This document shows, piece by piece, positions 28,431 through 38,465 of a DNA stretch of 64,000 bases. Both the position numbers and the translations under genes were made by a program. The notes under the pieces are model-generated. The model saw nothing but the letters and a program-made list of their open reading frames with translations. It was not told the origin of the DNA and did not search any database. The stretch is from Thermoanaerobaculia bacterium (lineage in GTDB: Bacteria > Acidobacteriota > Thermoanaerobaculia > UBA2201 > DAOSWS01), in NCBI GenBank assembly GCA_035593605.1, contig DAOSWS010000013.1:3371-67370 (forward strand). Direction: 5' to 3'. Each line of letters begins with the position of its first letter. Position 1 is the first letter of the stretch.

Positions 28431-31400
28431 TCAGTCGTCGGAGATATCGGTTCCGTTGGTGGCCCTCACGTCATAGAAGTAGATCGGGGAGGGACTTCGG
28501 TCGTCCGTACCTTCGCTGATAACCGTCTGCCAGGAATCGGGTGTCCCACCCATGAAATCCGGGGCTGTACCCCAATAGACGATGTAACCCGTGGCTCCGG
28601 CCGCAGTTCCCCAATCCAGGTCTGTAGTATCCACCCCCTTCGTGAGAAAGAGGGATACGCGGACATTGCCGAGGGAAGAGGAGGGAGATGCAGCGGGTGA
28701 AGAGGAGTTATGGGGTGTGGGAGAGGTGTCCACGAAGAAGTCATTCACATTGACATCGGTGTCCTGGCCCGAACCTGATGTACCTCCAGGAAGGCGGACC
28801 AGGGATTGCCCGGCATCATGAGCCGGTGTAGATGTCGTTTCCGGGCAGTTCCCGGTGCCCCAGGCCACCTTGTCGATGATCGAAGCGTCGGTGGAACAGC
28901 TTCCCGAAAGGGCGGAGGTGGAATTCACCAGAAAGAGATTTCCACCTCCCGCACCCATGTAAAATGTCGAATAGGTTAGGTCCGGAGTCACGGAGCCAAG
29001 GTAACCCCCGGATCTCGCAAGAAGAAAGTATTCGTGGGAGGGAATCGAAACCGAGGGTAATGCGACCACAGTATAGGTGCTGCCTGTGTCCGATTTGTAT
29101 TGAATACTCTTTCCGCTGAGGCTGATGGCCGCACCCGTCGGATTGTACAGTTCGACACATTCATCGTCATGATTTGCAGCACCCTGAGTCTGAATCTGAC
29201 TGATTACCAGGTGGTCCGTGGAAGGACCTACACCATCTGGAGCTGTGACAAACATCCGGTCTTCCGAGATCGTTTCAAGTCCGCAGGCATCGGTGGAGCG
29301 GATTCGGTAGTGGTACGGTGTGTCCTGGGTCAGCCCGGAAAGAACCAGAGAGTGGTTTGTGGCTGGACCATCAGATTGGGTGGATCCGTATGTGAGGGTC
29401 GTTCCATACTCCACGGTACTGTTCGTGTCTTCGTCGGTCGTGAAGGAGATCGTGGTCTGCACGTTGGATATGGGAGACTCCGTAATTCCGGAATGAGCTG
29501 GATAGCTTTCCGAGGTCGTAAAGGTGGATACCGAGCTCCACGTGGGACCATTGCCGGAGGCGTCTGTCGATCCAACCCGGAAGTAATAGAGAGTTCCGGT
29601 GTCCAATCCGGTAAGTGGGATGGAATGGCTGGTGACCCGGGTGCCGTCGAACTGGTTACCTGTGGGAGGATCGGAAAGGCCGTACTCAACGATGGAACTG
29701 GCATCTTCATCAGTCGTCCAGGTAATAAGAGCCGAGCACTCGGCGGGTGTCGCGGAAACGCTGGAGACCACAGGCGGAGTCGTGTCCGGCTCCGTCACTC
29801 CCCCGTCGTAGAAGAGCTCGATATATTCGTTGTTTGAACTGGCACCATCCGTCATTTCGGTGATGACGATCCCCGCACCGCAGGAAGTCGGTGCTCCCGC
29901 TCCCGGATCCCCCAGGGTGTCGGTCCGTGTCTGCCATGTCGAGCCGACTTCCGATTCTCCGCAGTTATCGACGCGGTAAACCGAAAGGTTGGCGCCACTG
30001 CCCACGGTCGGTCCTTCAATGATCGTCCCGACCTCATCCTCCAGACGATAGGCATAGTTGCTGGAGTTGATGACAAGCTCATCCCCGGAGTTGATATAGA
30101 CCGTACCGGAAGGAAGCGCTCCCCATTCCGTCTCAAAGCCTGCCCGGGTGTTATTTCGTCCAACGACAACGTAGCCTCCCGACTGGATAAAAGTACCGGC
30201 CGGCATAATGGCGACGTACTGGCTGTTGGTTGTATTGATCAACTTCCAGCCGCTGATGTCCAGCTGGGTCGGGGTGTCTGTGGTTGAAAAAGTGAACGGG
30301 GAGCTGGTGACGGTGTTTCCGCACACGTCTCGAGTTTCGACCTCGTAGTAATACAGCGTTGATGCCGTGAGGCCGGATAGAGGAACGACGTGATTCGTGA
30401 TCGATTCCGTTAGAGATTCGGTCGATCCAAGGGCGGGTGTTGTGCCGTACCGCACGGTGGAATCACCTTCCTTGTCCGTCGTCCAGGAGATGGTGACGGA
30501 CGTATCCGCCAGGTTCGTTTCAAAGGGTCCGACCGTAATCGCTGGCTGAGTCGCGGCCGAGGTTGTGAAGGTCGAGACGGAGCTCCACGCGGGGCCGTTA
30601 TTCGATGCATCGGTCGATCCGACCCGATAGTAATAGAGAGTTCCCGGGGTCAGGCCGTTAAGGGGTATGGAATGGCTGGTCACCCGGGTACCATCGAACT
30701 GGCTGTCCAGAGGAGGATCGGAGAGGCCGTATTCCACGATGGAATTGGCATCTTCATCGGTGGTCCAGGTAATCAGAGCTGAACATTCGGAGGGTGTGAC
30801 GGAAACGTTGGAAATCACGGGAGGCGTGGTATCCGGCTCTGCCATGCCCCCGTCGTAGAAGAGCTCGATATATTCGTTGATCGAACTGGCGCCGTCGGTC
30901 ATTTCGGTAATGACAACGCCCGCACCGCAGGTCGTTGGAGCTCCCGCTCCCGGGTCGCCCAGGTTGTCGGTGCGCTCATGCCATGTTGCACCGAGTCCCG
31001 GGTCGCCGCAGTTGTCGACCCGGAAGACCGACAGGTTGGCATCACTGCTCACCGTCGGGCCATCGATGATCGTCCCGATGTCATCTTCCAGACGATAGGC
31101 ATAACTGCTGGAATTGATGACGATTTTGTCGCCGGAGTTGACGTAGACCGTACCGGAAGGAAGTGCACCCCACTCTGTCTCAAAGCCTGCCTGGGAATTG
31201 TTACGCCCAACGACGACGTAACCTCCCGACTCGATAAAGGTGCCGGCCGGCATGATGGTGACGTACTGGCTGTTGGTCGTATTGATCAGCTTCCAGCCGC
31301 TGATGTCCAGCTGGGGCGGTGTCTCGGCGGTCGTGAAGGTGAACGGGGAGCTGGTGACGGTGTTTCCGCACGCATCCGTCGTTTCGACTTCATAGTAGTA

Positions 31401-32891
31401 GAGGGTGGAGGATGTCAGACCGGAAAGGGCCATGACGTGGTCGGTGACCGATTCCGCCATGGATTCCGTCGATCCGAGAGCCGGTGACGTTCCGTACCGG
31501 ACCGTCGAATCGCCGGTCTTGTCCGTAGTCCAGGAGATGGTGACCGACGTGTCTGCCAGGTTCGTTTCGAAGGGCCCGGCGGTGATCGTCGGCTGTGTCG
31601 TGGCCGTGGTAGAAAAAGTGGAGTCGTTACTATACGTCGGTCCGTTCCCTGAGGCATCGGAAGAATAGACCTGGTAATGGTAAAGAGTAGAGGGGGAAAG
31701 GCCGGTCAGGGTAATGGAATGGCTGGTCCTCAGGCCAACGAGTGTTTCAGTGGATCCGTAGGCATCCGTTTCACCGTAGTCCACACCGGACGTGGCCGAT
31801 TCATCAGTGGTCCAGGTAATCACTGCGGAACAGTCGGCCGGGTCCGCGGAGGGGCCGGCCGTGATCTGGGGATCGGTCGTATCGGGAACGGCATTGATGA
31901 GCCAGTCGCAGGCGTTCAGGTGAATTTCGCGATTGTTGACGCCTCCGGAGGCCTTGTCCCATCCGTCATAGAGAGTATCTCCTGAGTCCCCGGTTCCGTC
32001 ATCGGCGGGAGAGGAATCTCCGATAGCGGCAACCCGACCAGACCCGTAAGCCGCCGTGGCAAAGGTGACCCGAAAGTTGTCGTGGGCCTGCCCCGTCCTC
32101 CACACATGGGCCTTGACCGTCGGGTTGTCTGAAAGATTGATATCCATTGAGGTGGCGCCAAAGAAGCCCAGACCACCCGACCCGTCACCAAAGGGACCGT
32201 GAATGATGGGGTCCAGGGGATCGGTGGAAACGTTGTTGTCCGTCGGATCGTCAAACCAGTCCTCGGAGGGGCGGGTGTCGGTTCCATCCACACGGAACCA
32301 GATCCCGAAGACGCCGGCGTCTGTGGCCGATGTAGCCCCTGTTAGATCATTGAAAATATGGGGGCTGTCCCATCCGTCGCAATCACGGTCCGAGGTTTCA
32401 TGGTCGGCCACCATGAAGAGGCCGCCTCCGGCAGCGACAAAATTCAGAAGGGCCGTGATTTCACCGGACGAGAATGGTTTATTGGGTTCCACGATGATGA
32501 CCAGGTCGTAATTGCTCAGATCCTGGGAATCGGGGGTCCCATAGGTGAAGGACGACCCGTCTGGAAGGGTTTCGACCGAGTGGCCCGCTTTGACGAGCTC
32601 GATGCCCCAGGCGGAAATGCCGCCCTTCCAGTACGTTTCCAGAGTGGACCCCGTAACCCCCGACTGGTCGGGCGTCGGATAGCGCTGAGGGTTGGCCTCA
32701 TTTGTTGTTCCCGTGCAGGGATAGGCATTCATCGTCAGGTTCCAGGCATCGGAATCGATGACCCAGTCGGCATTGGCTGCCATTTCGTGGTGAGAGGCGT
32801 CGAAGAGAACGGCTGCGGCGGGAAGAAGGGCCGACATAAGAAAGATTGCGGTGGCAATAAAAAGGACGGGACGGATAACGATTGTCTTCAT
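28431..32891 (-). CDS. Giant secreted protein with multiple fibronectin-III-like and lamin-tail (LTD) domains
   Basis: 1486 aa with a signal peptide. Repeated FN3 units (ITWTTDE...YGxT..YGST...TLTGL...TLYYY.V.S.D..GN). LTD motifs VVITEMTDGASSINEYIELFYDGG and ISQIQTQGAANHDDECVELYNPTG. N-terminal about 280-aa domain of unknown function. Confidence 0.6.
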   Translation of the reverse strand: MKTIVIRPVLFIATAIFLMSALLPAAAVLFDASHHEMAANADWVIDSDAWNLTMNAYPCTGTTNEANPQRYPTPDQSGVTGSTLETYWKGGISAWGIELVKAGHSVETLPDGSSFTYGTPDSQDLSNYDLVIIVEPNKPFSSGEITALLNFVAAGGGLFMVADHETSDRDCDGWDSPHIFNDLTGATSATDAGVFGIWFRVDGTDTRPSEDWFDDPTDNNVSTDPLDPIIHGPFGDGSGGLGFFGATSMDINLSDNPTVKAHVWRTGQAHDNFRVTFATAAYGSGRVAAIGDSSPADDGTGDSGDTLYDGWDKASGGVNNREIHLNACDWLINAVPDTTDPQITAGPSADPADCSAVITWTTDESATSGVDYGETDAYGSTETLVGLRTSHSITLTGLSPSTLYHYQVYSSDASGNGPTYSNDSTFSTTATTQPTITAGPFETNLADTSVTISWTTDKTGDSTVRYGTSPALGSTESMAESVTDHVMALSGLTSSTLYYYEVETTDACGNTVTSSPFTFTTAETPPQLDISGWKLINTTNSQYVTIMPAGTFIESGGYVVVGRNNSQAGFETEWGALPSGTVYVNSGDKIVINSSSYAYRLEDDIGTIIDGPTVSSDANLSVFRVDNCGDPGLGATWHERTDNLGDPGAGAPTTCGAGVVITEMTDGASSINEYIELFYDGGMAEPDTTPPVISNVSVTPSECSALITWTTDEDANSIVEYGLSDPPLDSQFDGTRVTSHSIPLNGLTPGTLYYYRVGSTDASNNGPAWSSVSTFTTSAATQPAITVGPFETNLADTSVTISWTTDKEGDSTVRYGTTPALGSTESLTESITNHVVPLSGLTASTLYYYEVETRDVCGNTVTSSPFTFSTTDTPTQLDISGWKLINTTNSQYVAIMPAGTFIQSGGYVVVGRNNTRAGFETEWGALPSGTVYINSGDELVINSSNYAYRLEDEVGTIIEGPTVGSGANLSVYRVDNCGESEVGSTWQTRTDTLGDPGAGAPTSCGAGIVITEMTDGASSNNEYIELFYDGGVTEPDTTPPVVSSVSATPAECSALITWTTDEDASSIVEYGLSDPPTGNQFDGTRVTSHSIPLTGLDTGTLYYFRVGSTDASGNGPTWSSVSTFTTSESYPAHSGITESPISNVQTTISFTTDEDTNSTVEYGTTLTYGSTQSDGPATNHSLVLSGLTQDTPYHYRIRSTDACGLETISEDRMFVTAPDGVGPSTDHLVISQIQTQGAANHDDECVELYNPTGAAISLSGKSIQYKSDTGSTYTVVALPSVSIPSHEYFLLARSGGYLGSVTPDLTYSTFYMGAGGGNLFLVNSTSALSGSCSTDASIIDKVAWGTGNCPETTSTPAHDAGQSLVRLPGGTSGSGQDTDVNVNDFFVDTSPTPHNSSSPAASPSSSLGNVRVSLFLTKGVDTTDLDWGTAAGATGYIVYWGTAPDFMGGTPDSWQTVISEGTDDRSPSPIYFYDVRATNGTDISDD
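29515..31605. repeat. Intragenic tandem duplication, 2 x 1047 bp (349-aa FN3-LTD-FN3 module), about 85-90% nucleotide identity
   Basis: The same long strings recur exactly 1047 bp apart: around 29620 and 30667 (atggaatggctggt..acccgggt..cgaactgg...) and around 29800 and 30850 (cccccgtcgtagaagagctcgatatattcgtt). The protein copies are about 88% identical. Confidence 0.75.
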
Positions 32892-32978
32892 GGCAAAATC
32901 AGTATATCACTCTATGGTTTAGAAATAATCTTTCTATCGACCGTCTGAACCGGGCCATCCCCGTGCTAGAATGCCGAG

Positions 32979-33971
32979 ATGATCCAGTCCCTGATGATCT
33001 TCCTGGGAAGTATGGTGGCTGTATGGCTTGCCGGCCGCACCCTGACCCGGACCTGCGATACCCTGGCGGAACGAACCCGAATGGGCAGGGTCTTCGTGGG
33101 GTCCATCCTTCTGGCCGGGGCGACATCCCTTCCGGAAGCAGCCGCGTCTGTCTCCGCAGGGACCATGGGGTATGCCGATATCGCTCTTGGCAATGTTTTC
33201 GGATCCAATCTCTTTAACATGGCGATCCTGGGTATCTGCGGAATTGTCTGGGGAGGGAAATCCATGCTTCAGGCCGCTTCCCAGAGCCAGGTTCCTGCGG
33301 CCGTTCTGGGAATGATCCTCTCCACCCTTGCCTGCCTGGGGCTCCTGGCAGGGGAAACCACAGGCCTTTTCCATGTCGGAGTGTGGACCCTGGCGATCCC
33401 GGCCGTCTACCTTCTCTGGATCTACTTACTCAGGGTTCGGGCAAGGGTGGATCTCAAGCTTCCACCCATCGGGGTTGAAACCATGGAGGTCGATTCGAGG
33501 GGAACGGGGCGTCTCTGGCTCCTCTTTGCCGCCTCCGCGCTCCTTCTGATTGCGGCGGCTTCCCTTTTGAGCTATTCCGCGAAGACTATTGCGGACCTTT
33601 CGGGACTTGGGGAAACTGTCATTGGAACGACCCTTGTAGCTCTGGTTACCTCCGCACCGGAGCTCATCACCTGTCTCGCTGCGATCCGGATCGGATCGGT
33701 GGACCTTGCAGTGGGCAATGCCCTGGGTTCCAACATCTTTAACATGAATATTCTATTCTTTGCCGATATTGCTTACCGCCGATCCCCTATTCTGACTGCA
33801 GCCTCACCCATTCACAGCAAGACCGCCCTTGTCGGGATCTTTCTCTCCGGACTTGTTGCCCTCGGGATGGTCACGCCGATCCCGGGTCGCATCGGACGTT
33901 TCACCGTGGAGTCCATTCTCCTCCTCCTTGCCTACATGGGATTCTCCGCCTATCTCCTTACACAGGTGTGA
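32979..33971 (+). CDS. Ca2+:cation antiporter (CaCA family, YrbG-like Na+/Ca2+ exchanger)
   Basis: 330 aa. Two alpha-repeat signatures, GNVFGSNLFNM and GNALGSNIFNM, with about 10 TM helices. Confidence 0.75.
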   Translation: MIQSLMIFLGSMVAVWLAGRTLTRTCDTLAERTRMGRVFVGSILLAGATSLPEAAASVSAGTMGYADIALGNVFGSNLFNMAILGICGIVWGGKSMLQAASQSQVPAAVLGMILSTLACLGLLAGETTGLFHVGVWTLAIPAVYLLWIYLLRVRARVDLKLPPIGVETMEVDSRGTGRLWLLFAASALLLIAAASLLSYSAKTIADLSGLGETVIGTTLVALVTSAPELITCLAAIRIGSVDLAVGNALGSNIFNMNILFFADIAYRRSPILTAASPIHSKTALVGIFLSGLVALGMVTPIPGRIGRFTVESILLLLAYMGFSAYLLTQV

Positions 33972-34047
33972 TTTTTTCGGGCCCGAAGTCGATGCTTTAT
34001 AATAGAGGAATCCCGAAAGAGTCCTGTGACACGGGAGGGCCCTGACT

Positions 34048-37000
34048 GTGATGCGCACGATGCTGGTTTTTCTTGCCGTACTTCTCCTCCTTGGGAGCGG
34101 TTTTCTCCCTGGTGAAGATACCCCTGATCCAGGGGAAGCCGCGCTCAATTCTTCACAGGAACTGCAGGATGATACGATCGTTATGCCCCTCCGGGATTCG
34201 AATGGATCCCTGATCTGGGTTCAGAGACGGGATCGAGACCTGGAGAATGTACTCCGCAACCAGGATGATCCCGATCCATGGGGTGAGGCAAGGCTTCGGG
34301 CAGCCGTGCGGGCTGCTTTGGACGGGCCCGATTATTACGAGGGAACGGACGGGCTGAGCTCCGCACTTCCGGAGGGAATCATCATAGATGAAATCCGGGT
34401 CAGGGGGGATCAGGGCGGGTTCTTCGTCACGCTTCCTGTGCGCACCCTCAATAATCTGACGCCCGATTCGGCCCAGGCCCTATCTGAAATCTTCCTTGGG
34501 CTCGATTTCAATGTTCCCTCCATTCGACGCCACGTGCTCATGATCCGTGATCCTGCCGACGGTCTCCATTACCCGCTGGACCACTTCCTGCCCCGCCTTC
34601 CTCCCGTACCCCCAAAACCCTCGGAAGAAGAGGTGACCGAAGGGCTCCGGGCCACTGGTCAACCCCCGGCTCCGGGACAGGGACAGCCGGCGGGATATCT
34701 TTCGGGAAAGAGCATTTTCCTTAACCCGGGCCACGGATGGTATTACGATAGCGGCTTGGGAAGGTGGGCGACTCAGCGCGGAAACACCAACAACATCGTG
34801 GAAGACCTCTCCAACGCGGAGGCGGTGGACACCTACCTGGTCCACTATCTATGGAACGCCGGGGCGGGGGTTTACACCTGCCGGGAACGGGACATGAATG
34901 ACAACATGGTCATCGTGGACAATGGGGATCCTGGCTACTCCGAAACCGGGTCCTGGACCACGATAACCTCCGCCGATGCCCATGATGGAAATTATAGACA
35001 GGCCGGAACCAGTTCGACGGAAACGGCGACCGCCACCTTCACGCCTACGATTCCGGAAGCCGGGGATTACTATGTCTCGATCTGGTATATCGGAGGAAGC
35101 AGTAACGCGTCGGATGCACAGATCACGGTCCGCCATACCGGGGGAGAGACTGTTATTACAAGAAACATGGAGGTGGACGGCTACACATTCCGCTACCTGG
35201 GCCGGTTTCACTTCAATGCAGGATCAAGCCTGGCCGCAGGATCCGTGGTCGTATCCAACGTGAGTGGTGAATCCTCGAACTTTGTCGTCGCCGACGCCGT
35301 CCGGTTCGGAGGGGGAACGGGAGCCGAACAGCCCTTCGGGGAGCCCTTTCCTTCCAACTGGCCGAGATTTGAAGAGGCCGGGCCCTACTTCGCCAACTTT
35401 ATGGGATGCCCCTCGGCCACGTGCGGGACCAGCACGGTCACGGCCATGCCCCGCTACGTCGCATGGGAAAACGAGGGATGGGAAGATTCCGTTTACATTT
35501 CGTGGCATACCAACGCTTTTGCGGGGACTTCCCGGGGCACCTCGTCTTTTGCCTATGCCTCCGGAGGATGGGATGCCGCGTTCAATGGGGTTGCCGGGAG
35601 CCTGGAGCTTCGTCACCTTGTCCACACGGAACTCATCAATGACCTCCGGGCAGCCTTCGATCCTCTCTGGGGAGACCGGGGGGAACACACCAACTGGTAT
35701 GGGGAGATCAATCCCAATTACAACAATGAGACGCCCGGCGTCATCTACGAAATGGCCTTTCACGACAACGCCACAGATGCGCTCTACCTTCAGAACCCGT
35801 ACTTTCGAATGACCCTGGCCCGGGCGGTCTATCAGGGAATCGCAAAGTACTTTGCCGACCGGGACGGGGATCCCACCTACACACTCCTCCCCGAACCCCC
35901 CACGCATTTTAGGGTCCTCAACAGCGGGGGCGGAGAGATCACACTGTCCTGGAACGCCCCTCCCTACGACACGGGAGACGGCCTCTACGGGGACGCGGCG
36001 GAGGGCTACCGGGTCTACCGGAGCTTTGACGGCCGGGGATTCGACGACGGGACTGCCGTGACGGGTACGACGTGGACCGACATTACAGTTCCGGAGGGGA
36101 CGGTAGCCTATTACCGGGTCACGGCAGCCAATGCCGGAGGGGAGTCCTTTCCCACGGAAACCCTGGCGGCACGGGCCTCTACGGGAAGTGTGACCATCCT
36201 CGTGGTGACGGCATTCGACCGCATGGACCAGGGTCTCATCGTCGTGACTGACGATCCCTACAGTACCAACGCCCTCCACCGGGGGTACGTCGACATGATG
36301 AACTCGTACCGGTACATCATTTCTTACGGTACCTCCATCGATGCCTATGGAAGTCCCTTTGATTCCGTCGCCAACGAAGCCGTGCGGGACGGGCTGGTTT
36401 CCCTCTCCTCTTACGGCGTTGTGATCTGGACCTGCGGCGAGGAATCGACAACCGATCACACCTTTGAAAATGCGGAACAGTCTCTCCTTGAATCCTATCT
36501 CGATTCGGGAGGCAATCTCTTCGTATCCGGTTCCGAAATCGGGTGGGACCTCGATTACAAGGGAAACGGTCCCACCTTTTACAATACCTACCTCAAGGCC
36601 GACTATGCCGGAGACGATGCCGGGACCTACAACGTCGCTCCTGTATCGGGATCCATCTATGACGGAAACGCCGCTTTTTTCTTTGACGACAACACCTTCG
36701 GCGAGTACGACGCCAACTATCCCGATCAGCTGACCCCACTGGGAGGAGCTGTGGCCGCTCTTTCCTACAGCGGAGGAAGCGGCGGTACGGCAGGTCTCCA
36801 GTATGACGGCGGTTTGAACCGGATTGTTCTCTTCGGATTTCCCTTTGAGACGATCACCTCAGCTTCCGCCCGCAACGAGACGATGGCCGACATCCTGGAT
36901 TTCTTTGGAACCTCTGTTCCCGATCCATGCGAGGGCGCCATCGAAGTTGACACCTTTCCCTATGTAGATTCCAATACCACGTCGGGGATGCCTTCCCGGA

Positions 37001-37995
37001 TTGATGGTTACAGCTGTCCTCCCTCCACGGGTTCCGAGGCGGGACCGGAGGTGGTCTACCGGCTCACCATCCTTCAGCCGGGGAACCTCACCGTGAGCCT
37101 CTCCGACGGCGCGGGTGTTGACATCGATCCTCACCTTCTCGCAGCCTGTTCGCCGACCTCCTGCCTTGCCCGTCATGACACCGGTTTTACCTATGGTGTA
37201 ACCCCGGGAACCTACTTCCTGGTCTGCGATACCTGGACCCACGACTCCGGAACCCAGTATCCCGGTGCGTACACGTTAAACCTTGCATTTTCGGCTACGC
37301 CGGGAGATACGACATCGCCAGCCCCTGTGGGGGACACCCTGGCCTGGGAAGAGAGCGGCACGCAATGGACCTGGACAGCCGTTACCCTCGACCGGAAAGG
37401 CTCCACGGAAACCGGAGTGTCCTATCGCGTATACCGTTCCGAGGATCCGGCCCAGGAAGGAGAAATTGTGGCCACACCCGGGACCCATGCCTGGACCGAT
37501 ACCGATGAACCCATTTCCGGTTGCTGGTTCTACCACGTCGAAGCCGTGGATGGTGCCGGGAACCGGGAACTGGCGGTGAGCGTGTACGAGACCATTGTCG
37601 ACAATCCCGATGCCGTTTTTTCCGGCACATGGACCCTGGGGACCAGTTCGACCGATAAATGGGGTGAAAATTACCGGTACATTGCCACGGGAGGCACTGG
37701 AGCCTCGACCGCCGCCTGGTCCTTTCCCGTCCGGGAACGCGGGCTCTACCAGGTGTCCGTTTACTATCCCCAGGGGACCAACCGTTCCACCGAAGCCCGC
37801 TTCACGATTCAGCACGCCGGAGGTACGACCCTGGTACCGGTGGATCAGTCGATCAATGGCGGACAGTGGGTTACCCTCCAGACCCGATGGCTCGAGCCGG
37901 ACGGTTCCTATCCCGTCGTTCTGGATGATGCCGAACCGGGAGGAAAGGTCGTTATCGCCGATGCCGTTCGCTGGATTAAGGAAACCGACCTGTAG
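34048..37995 (+). CDS. Secreted N-acetylmuramoyl-L-alanine amidase (Amidase_3-like) with FN3, pre-peptidase-C-like and two golvesin-C-like domains
   Basis: 1315 aa. Amidase_3 blocks LNPGHGW...VEDL...TCRERDMND ... ISWHTNAF ... VIYEMAFHDN..D. FN3 block (YRVYRS...YYRVTA). Two about 130-aa domains ending in V(V/I)ADAVRF/W, which I recall as the golvesin/Xly C-terminal signature. Confidence 0.55.
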   Translation: MMRTMLVFLAVLLLLGSGFLPGEDTPDPGEAALNSSQELQDDTIVMPLRDSNGSLIWVQRRDRDLENVLRNQDDPDPWGEARLRAAVRAALDGPDYYEGTDGLSSALPEGIIIDEIRVRGDQGGFFVTLPVRTLNNLTPDSAQALSEIFLGLDFNVPSIRRHVLMIRDPADGLHYPLDHFLPRLPPVPPKPSEEEVTEGLRATGQPPAPGQGQPAGYLSGKSIFLNPGHGWYYDSGLGRWATQRGNTNNIVEDLSNAEAVDTYLVHYLWNAGAGVYTCRERDMNDNMVIVDNGDPGYSETGSWTTITSADAHDGNYRQAGTSSTETATATFTPTIPEAGDYYVSIWYIGGSSNASDAQITVRHTGGETVITRNMEVDGYTFRYLGRFHFNAGSSLAAGSVVVSNVSGESSNFVVADAVRFGGGTGAEQPFGEPFPSNWPRFEEAGPYFANFMGCPSATCGTSTVTAMPRYVAWENEGWEDSVYISWHTNAFAGTSRGTSSFAYASGGWDAAFNGVAGSLELRHLVHTELINDLRAAFDPLWGDRGEHTNWYGEINPNYNNETPGVIYEMAFHDNATDALYLQNPYFRMTLARAVYQGIAKYFADRDGDPTYTLLPEPPTHFRVLNSGGGEITLSWNAPPYDTGDGLYGDAAEGYRVYRSFDGRGFDDGTAVTGTTWTDITVPEGTVAYYRVTAANAGGESFPTETLAARASTGSVTILVVTAFDRMDQGLIVVTDDPYSTNALHRGYVDMMNSYRYIISYGTSIDAYGSPFDSVANEAVRDGLVSLSSYGVVIWTCGEESTTDHTFENAEQSLLESYLDSGGNLFVSGSEIGWDLDYKGNGPTFYNTYLKADYAGDDAGTYNVAPVSGSIYDGNAAFFFDDNTFGEYDANYPDQLTPLGGAVAALSYSGGSGGTAGLQYDGGLNRIVLFGFPFETITSASARNETMADILDFFGTSVPDPCEGAIEVDTFPYVDSNTTSGMPSRIDGYSCPPSTGSEAGPEVVYRLTILQPGNLTVSLSDGAGVDIDPHLLAACSPTSCLARHDTGFTYGVTPGTYFLVCDTWTHDSGTQYPGAYTLNLAFSATPGDTTSPAPVGDTLAWEESGTQWTWTAVTLDRKGSTETGVSYRVYRSEDPAQEGEIVATPGTHAWTDTDEPISGCWFYHVEAVDGAGNRELAVSVYETIVDNPDAVFSGTWTLGTSSTDKWGENYRYIATGGTGASTAAWSFPVRERGLYQVSVYYPQGTNRSTEARFTIQHAGGTTLVPVDQSINGGQWVTLQTRWLEPDGSYPVVLDDAEPGGKVVIADAVRWIKETDL

Positions 37996-38019
37996 CGTCT
38001 GCTGAAAGGAGCGCATACC

Positions 38020-38442
38020 ATGTCCTGTCCCGAGTGCGATCACATTCTCTCCCGGCGGACCCTGTCGGGCATCGAGGTCGACTACTGTTCCTTCTGCAAG
38101 GGACTGTGGTTTGACCAGGGAGAGCTTCTGGCCCTGGGTGATGCGGTCAATTTTGATATCAGCCAGCTCCCGGCCCAGATTCTTCGAACCGGCCGGGTTC
38201 CCCGGAACAAGAAACGGTCCTGTCCCGTCTGTCTCGACCAGGCGATGAAATCCCGGACCTTCAAAACAGCGGACATCGACATCTGTCCGACGTGCCGTGG
38301 AATCTGGCTCGATTCGGGAGAGATCCAGGCCATCTTTCGGGCGTATCGGGGGGATTCCGATCGGCCCTGGTTCAACCCATCGGGGGACTGGGTGGATGAA
38401 ATCGGCGATGCCGTAAAGGGGTTCTATACCCGGCTTTTCTAA
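38020..38442 (+). CDS. Zn-ribbon protein with two zf-TFIIB-like (CxxC...CxxC...WxD.GE) modules
   Basis: 140 aa. CPECDH...CSFCKGLWFDQGEL and CPVC...CPTCRGIWLDSGEI. Confidence 0.5.
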   Translation: MSCPECDHILSRRTLSGIEVDYCSFCKGLWFDQGELLALGDAVNFDISQLPAQILRTGRVPRNKKRSCPVCLDQAMKSRTFKTADIDICPTCRGIWLDSGEIQAIFRAYRGDSDRPWFNPSGDWVDEIGDAVKGFYTRLF

Positions 38443-38465
38443 CGATCCCTACAGGGAGATCTGTC

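Noticed and set aside
28431-32891. Possibility that the FN3/LTD giant gene is two genes or a pseudogene
   Set aside because: A single uninterrupted frame of 1486 codons carries a signal peptide and consistent domain grammar. The internal duplication is in-frame.
35224-36459. 411-aa ORF antisense to the amidase gene
   Set aside because: It lies fully inside a much longer, motif-rich CDS on the opposite strand, with a low-complexity Gly/Arg/Pro-rich translation typical of GC-rich antisense frames.
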